DNA from: a virus
Lineage: Duplodnaviria; Caudoviricetes
DNA: 63,802 nucleotides
Direction: 5' to 3' (one strand)
Virus record (IMG/VR): IMGVR_UViG_3300042922_000620
Span: 1-63,802 of that record
The position numbers and the translations under genes were made by a program. Each line of letters begins with the position of its first letter. Position 1 is the first letter of the stretch. Below the pieces are notes generated by a model that saw nothing but the letters and a program-made list of their open reading frames with translations, was not told the DNA's origin and searched no databases. Shown in pieces: positions 59,194 to 63,802 of the stretch.

Positions 59194-60253
59194 GCCCTCA
59201 TGTCGCGCTTCTCCTTGAGCGCTACGTAGAACTCGCCGACGACGGTGCCGATCATGCCGATGCCGACACCACGGATGACCCACACCCACGCGCCGTCGAG
59301 TTCCCCGGCCGGGGTCGTCGTGAAGACGAGGCCGAAGAAGGTCAGCATGCGGATCGCCCAGGGTCGCATCACGCTCTCCCGCCGAGCGAGAGCACGATGA
59401 TGCGGAACTGCTGGCGAGCCAGCCGGATCTTGTCGCCGACCTGCCAGGCGTGCACCTCGCGGACGCCGTCCTCAGTCAGGATGACGTGCTGCGTGACGTA
59501 GCCGCCCTGCCGGTCGTCGTGCACCAGTGAGACCTCGTGACGCTTGCCGTCCTTGACCACGGCGTACTGCTCAGGCACGCCGGCAGTACGCAGGGCGTCG
59601 GGCTTGAGCCACCCATCTGCGTTACGTGGCATCGTCGTCCCCCATCCCGCCGAACATCGTGTCCCAACATTTGGGATGGGTCCCCGTCTTGAGACGCTCC
59701 CGCTCGGGCGCGCTCATCTCCGGGAAGGCGGTCTGGATGTGCGTGCCCCCACGCCAGAACCGGAACGCGTCGGCGTCGACCTCGATCTGCGACACCTTGT
59801 GGCAGATCATGCACGGCTCGGTAGTCACGATGATGGTGCTCACGACTCGCCCTCCGCATCCAGCGCCTCGAGAACGATCTCGGCGTCGGTCATGCCAGAC
59901 GCTCGCTTCCGCTCGATGTACGCCGCCGTCTCCTGGTCGACCACGATCTCGACGGGCTTCCTCAGCACCGGATTCAGGTCCGTGCCGCCGTGCTCGACCG
60001 ACGTGATCCCGTAGAGCGAGCGCAGGTTCGGGTCCCGCATCGTCTGCTCGACGATGAGTTCCGCCGTGCGCAGGATCTCCCGCGCCTTCTGGAGTAGGAC
60101 CTCGGGCCTACCCTCGATGACCAGTCCGTAGTCCTCGAACTGCGAGGTGATACGGATCGCTGCCACTCGGTTGTCGTTGTACGGCCCCGCGATCTCACCG
60201 GGCTTGGCGGTCCCGGTGACGTCGACGTGTGGGGCGCTCAGCCATTCGATCAT
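59190..60253 (-). CDS. Four small hypothetical ORFs (59190-59372, 59369-59632, 59622-59843, 59840-60253)
   Basis: Coupled leftward ORFs. Confidence 0.6.
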
Positions 60254-60903
60254 GCTGCTCGAACCTCCATCTCCTGCTTCTCGTTGAGGACCACGGCCAC
60301 CTGACCGAACGCCTCGGCCGACGCCCGCAGATCCGTGGCCACATCTCCGCCGGCGTACTCGGTGAACCCCATGCCGGAGCCGACGCGGGAGAACGCGAAG
60401 TCCCCACCGATCGCCTCCCACGTACGGTTCACGACCTGCATGTAGATCCGCAGGTCCTCGATGTTCTGCGTGACAAAGTCCGTCACCTCGTCACCCGTGC
60501 TGGTCTGCGCTTCCTCGGTCCATGAGTGACCGGCGCCGTCGAACCCGGCGTGCCACTCGAGCGCTCGCCGGTAGCCGGAGATCGCCTGCACGATCTGCTG
60601 CTCGCTGACGTCGGCGACGCCCAGGTCGTGAGCCTGCTGCAGTTCGACGATGCGCCGGTCCCGCTTGCTGACCGCGTCGAATGGCAGCACCGTGACGAAG
60701 CCCTCGTTCGAGACGTGGAGGATGAGCCACGGCGTGCCGTAGTGGGTCAGGGCATCCTGCTCCTCGTTGCTCTGCCACGCCTGCAGGTCGACCGCGGCGA
60801 ACCACCCGACGGGCCCGGAGTCGTCGCCGCCGCTGTCCTGGTAGAACCCGTCGACGCTTTTCTGCCACACGAACTCATCGTGCGGTGACTTGAACTTGCT
60901 CAT
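60250..60903 (-). CDS. Hypothetical early protein
   Basis: GGAAGGA RBS after palindrome 60938; GGDFAFSRVGSGMGF motif. Confidence 0.7.
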   Translation of the reverse strand: MSKFKSPHDEFVWQKSVDGFYQDSGGDDSGPVGWFAAVDLQAWQSNEEQDALTHYGTPWLILHVSNEGFVTVLPFDAVSKRDRRIVELQQAHDLGVADVSEQQIVQAISGYRRALEWHAGFDGAGHSWTEEAQTSTGDEVTDFVTQNIEDLRIYMQVVNRTWEAIGGDFAFSRVGSGMGFTEYAGGDVATDLRASAEAFGQVAVVLNEKQEMEVRAA

Positions 60904-60971
60904 TGTGTTCCTTCCCGCCCCGGATGAGGCGCTGATTGTCCCAATCTTGGGACGCTGAGTGAGGGAATCGC

Positions 60972-61569
60972 TCAGTCCTTGCGTGCTCGTGCCTCCTCGC
61001 CATGGACGTAGCCGAGCAGGTACTCGTCGTCCGATGACTCGATGGGCAGACCGAGCCACCCGTCGAGGTAGCCCTTCTGCTGCGGCGTCGGCTCACTCAT
61101 TGACTGTCCCAACCTTGGGACGAGAGTGCGCTACGACCTTGCCGACGAGCCCCGACGCGATCGCATCCTGCAACTCGCCGTCGATGAACTCGGTGACCAT
61201 GTCGCGCGCCTCGACCGACATGTCGCCCACGTCGATCTGCAGTTCGGCGAGCACGACCGACTCGTCGTCGCTGGCGCCGAGGATGTACTCGTTGTATCGG
61301 GTGACGGCCCATCTCCGGTTGATGGACCAGTCGAACCCGCCGCTGAACTCGTTAGCCCACGCCACGACGTAGACCGGGCGCTTGTCGATGATGACGGCGC
61401 CGAATAGCGAGGCCCCCCGCAGGAAGACGCACGCGCCGCTCTCCTCCACAAGCCACCCGGTGCCGATCCTCTCCTTGAGGGTGAGCACGGCGCCGGGCGC
61501 AGGCAGAGACGTAGCGCCCCAGCCGGAGCCGGTGAGGCGGACCTTCTTGCCGACGAGTGGATCAGCCAT
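60972..61569 (-). CDS. Two hypothetical ORFs (60972-61100, 61093-61569)
   Basis: 42-aa MSEPTPQQKGYLDGW.. lies between palindromes 60938 and 61106. Confidence 0.6.
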
Positions 61570-62392
61570 TGCCCTGCTCCTTGAGCATGCGCTGCACGTC
61601 GCCGGCGCCGGTTACCAGGCGGGCGGTCCCCTCCTGGATGAGCAGGTGGCACCCTGCGGATGCCGCGCTGGTGATTGGACCCGGAACGGCACCGATGGGT
61701 CGCTCCAATCCCGCCGCATGGTTGGCCGCGTTGAGTGAGCCGGAGCGAGCGCCCGCCTCCGCCACGACCATGCCCCGAGCGTGTGCGGCGATCAGCCGGT
61801 TGCGTCGCAGGAACCGCCACCTCGTGGGTGCCTCGCCGGGAGGTGTCTCACTGAGAACAGTCCCGTACTGCGCGATCCGCTTGATGAGGTCGGCGTGCCC
61901 CGCCGGATACGGGCGGTCCACCCCGCCGGCCAGGTACGCGATGGTCGGCCGACCCGTGGCGAGTGCGCCTCGATGAGCAGCCGCGTCGATGCCGTAGGCG
62001 GCACCGGACACGATGGTCATCCCCTCGAGCCCTCCCACGATCTCGCGGGTGATGTGCTCGCCGTACGTCGTGCATGCACGGGCGCCGACGATGGCGATGG
62101 AGGGATCCTCGTTGACGATCCGACGGCCCAGCGCCCACAGCATCGGTGGCGCGTCGGGCAAATCGAGCAGTCCCTTCGGGTACTCGTCGGACGAGCGGTC
62201 GATGATGCGGATCTCGAGCGGGTCGAAGTCCTTCCGGTAACCCGCGTTGATCTCGTCGGCGCGCTGCTGACGAGCGAGGTGTACCCACCTCACGGCTTGC
62301 CGGCTGGTGTCGGTCGCCCGTGTGCACGGGTAGCCGACGGGTGACTGGCATGCGGGGCATGCGATCCCCGTCGCTGCGATCTGGTCAAGCAT
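61562..62392 (-). CDS. dprA: DprA-like DNA processing protein with N-terminal zinc finger
   Basis: AIVGARACTTYG, IVSGAAYGIDAAAHRGAL, FLRRNRLIA, VVAEAGARSGSL, AVPGPITS..GCHLLI. Confidence 0.93.
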   Translation of the reverse strand: MLDQIAATGIACPACQSPVGYPCTRATDTSRQAVRWVHLARQQRADEINAGYRKDFDPLEIRIIDRSSDEYPKGLLDLPDAPPMLWALGRRIVNEDPSIAIVGARACTTYGEHITREIVGGLEGMTIVSGAAYGIDAAAHRGALATGRPTIAYLAGGVDRPYPAGHADLIKRIAQYGTVLSETPPGEAPTRWRFLRRNRLIAAHARGMVVAEAGARSGSLNAANHAAGLERPIGAVPGPITSAASAGCHLLIQEGTARLVTGAGDVQRMLKEQGNG

Positions 62393-63127
62393 TGCTCTGC
62401 CCTCCTGTCCCAACCTTGGGACGATGGATGATGGTGCCGGCGAACGGCATGTACGCGCCGGGCCAGACGGCCCACTCGTACGGATCGTCGCCCCAGGTGA
62501 ACAGTCCAGCGGCATCCTCCGGGCGGTCCTGCCAGATCGCACGCTTGATGACGACGACGTCGCCACGATGGGGCACGTCGGGCTCGACGTGCACGTCGTC
62601 CACCCACGCCTCGCCGGTGAGCACGACGGCGTCGCCCGGCTGGAAGATGACGTCAGCCACGGCGTGCCGCCCTTCGGATCTCGGCCTCGATGAGGTCGAG
62701 CAGGTCCTCTCCGTCGAAGTATTCGTCCTCGCGGTGGAGGAAGCGCACGGTGTCGCTCAGATGCTCGACGACACCCCGGGTGTACTCGCTCTCGCGCCAC
62801 GTCAGCCCGTCGCAGGCAAGCCCGGCGATCGTCAGGATCTCCTGCCCGCGGGGCGAGAGATAGTGGATGATGCCTTCCTCCCGCGTCAGTCGCAGGTAGC
62901 GTCGCGTGATAGGCAGACGCTCGCTAGTCTCAGCCACGGCACGCCGCCTTCCATGCACGAGTCCACCTGTTGACGCGGCGTTCGGCCGCCTCGATCTGGT
63001 CGACCGGCGCCTCCCACGTGATGACCGCGATGAGGTGCTTCTCGGCGCGGGCCAGGTTGCGGTGCGTGCGTCGCTGCACGTTGGTCATGGGCTTGTCGGG
63101 GATGGTCCCGATGAGCGTCTCGTCCAT
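62385..63127 (-). CDS. Three hypothetical ORFs (62385-62660, 62653-62937, 62930-63127)
   Basis: Overlapping leftward ORFs. Confidence 0.65.
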
Positions 63128-63802
63128 GATGATGTTCCCTTCTGTCCCAGGTTTGGGACGGTTAGAAGGTCATGCGGCGAAGTCCGCCGCGCGACCCGAT
63201 GAAGAAGCCGACGCGCGGGGTGCGGTCGGCGATGCGCTCGGCGAGGTCGTCGCTGTCCCGGAACGGTGGCGCGTCGTCGAAGATCACGACGTGCGCGGCA
63301 TCGCTGAGGAGGATCTGGCCACCGCCGTCAGGTGCTGTCTGCCAGGCGCCGACGTTGACCAGCAGTTCGCGGGCCTCGGCGATGGACGCGGTGCGCCACA
63401 CGATGGGCTCGGCGAGCGAGCCTCCATCGGTGAGGCGGGCGATGTAGGTGTCCATGACTGCCTCTCTGTCCCAAGGTTGGGACGCTCATTGACGGCTGCT
63501 GCCGTCGCTCGTTGACTAGGTAGAACCCTAGCCTAGGTATAGCCCAGGGTCAAGCCTAGGTAGTGACTCGTGCTCACTGAGCCATTCAGAGCACGGGACA
63601 ATCTTCGTTGACAGCCGTGCTCAACGGAGCCGACGGTAGGCGCGGGCCAGGGTCGCCGGCTTGGGGCAGCGGGTGGCGACCGAACATGCCCCAGACGTTC
63701 TCCTTGATCGTGAGCGGCTTCATCTTCACGACCACGTACAGCACGCCGGTCTCGACGTGCTGGAACACGGAACCGAGGGCGATCGGCTGATCTTCGTTGA
63801 GC
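62986..63802. repeat. Imperfect terminal redundancy, right copy
   Basis: Three blocks matching 1-177, 760-922 and 1209-1374. Confidence 0.95.
63162..63455 (-). CDS. Hypothetical protein (cassette B)
   Basis: 97-aa ORF with GAGAGG RBS, filling the space between palindromes 63144 and 63468. Confidence 0.8.
   Translation of the reverse strand: MDTYIARLTDGGSLAEPIVWRTASIAEARELLVNVGAWQTAPDGGGQILLSDAAHVVIFDDAPPFRDSDDLAERIADRTPRVGFFIGSRGGLRRMTF

Larger units (their letters stand above)
159..63483. repeat. Dispersed 16-bp palindrome family GTCCCAAnnTTGGGAC (~21 copies)
   Basis: Copies begin at 159, 767, 1157, 1615, 1920, 2058, 8144, 26454, 40684, 47119, 52469, 54658, 55445, 57985, 59111, 59661 (17-bp variant), 60938, 61106, 62407, 63144, 63468. 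Confidence 0.95.
1..63802. mobile_element. Tailed dsDNA actinobacteriophage (siphovirus), near-complete genome, probably lytic
   Basis: Ordered terminase-portal-protease-capsid-tail-tape measure-lysin module, opposing arm of small genes, terminal redundancy, no host housekeeping genes, no integrase recognised. Confidence 0.95.

Noticed and set aside
1920-59677. G-U wobble evidence that the palindrome acts as an RNA hairpin
   Set aside because: Three terminal variants (1920, 26454, 47119) give G-U on the transcribed strand but two (57985, 59661) give A-C; inconclusive
159-63483. Palindrome family as a CRISPR array
   Set aside because: Repeats are 16 bp, irregularly spaced by whole genes, some inside CDSs; no cas genes seen
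159-63483. Palindromes as classical integron attC sites or IS ends
   Set aside because: No tyrosine/serine recombinase or transposase recognised, no GTTRRRY core boxes, no target-site duplications
63586-63802. Right-end ORF as a true frameshifted pseudogene or fusion
   Set aside because: A single extra G near 63675 relative to the left copy, close to the contig end, may be a sequencing or assembly error; needs reads

Overview
An apparently complete, high-GC actinobacterial siphovirus genome. The separate hexamer/pentamer capsid genes, cluster-B-like tail genes and RHH regulators resemble Microbacteriaceae phages; the host is inferred. Layout: leftward early genes (1-1.9 kb), a divergent gene and non-coding gap (2.0-3.5 kb), rightward small genes, terminase, portal, MuF/protease fusion, capsid, tail and lysis genes (3.5-40.7 kb), then a leftward arm (40.7-63.8 kb) with RecE/RecT, Holliday junction resolvase, SSB, a RepA-like HTH protein, DUF932, DprA and many small genes. 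One antisense tRNA-Trp(CCA). I recognised no integrase, DNA polymerase, primase or helicase. Most notable: (1) about 21 copies of the palindrome GTCCCAAnnTTGGGAC, mostly at gene junctions; (2) the two window ends are copies of one locus carrying different gene cassettes between two such palindromes; (3) a small early protein with two permuted major-capsid motifs; (4) a 2H phosphoesterase domain inside the head MuF/protease protein; (5) a likely -1 frameshift extending the major tail protein; (6) a sortase-type LAATG surface protein; (7) SigA-type promoters with paired YACCTAG boxes. All calls come from motif recognition by eye; no searches were run.
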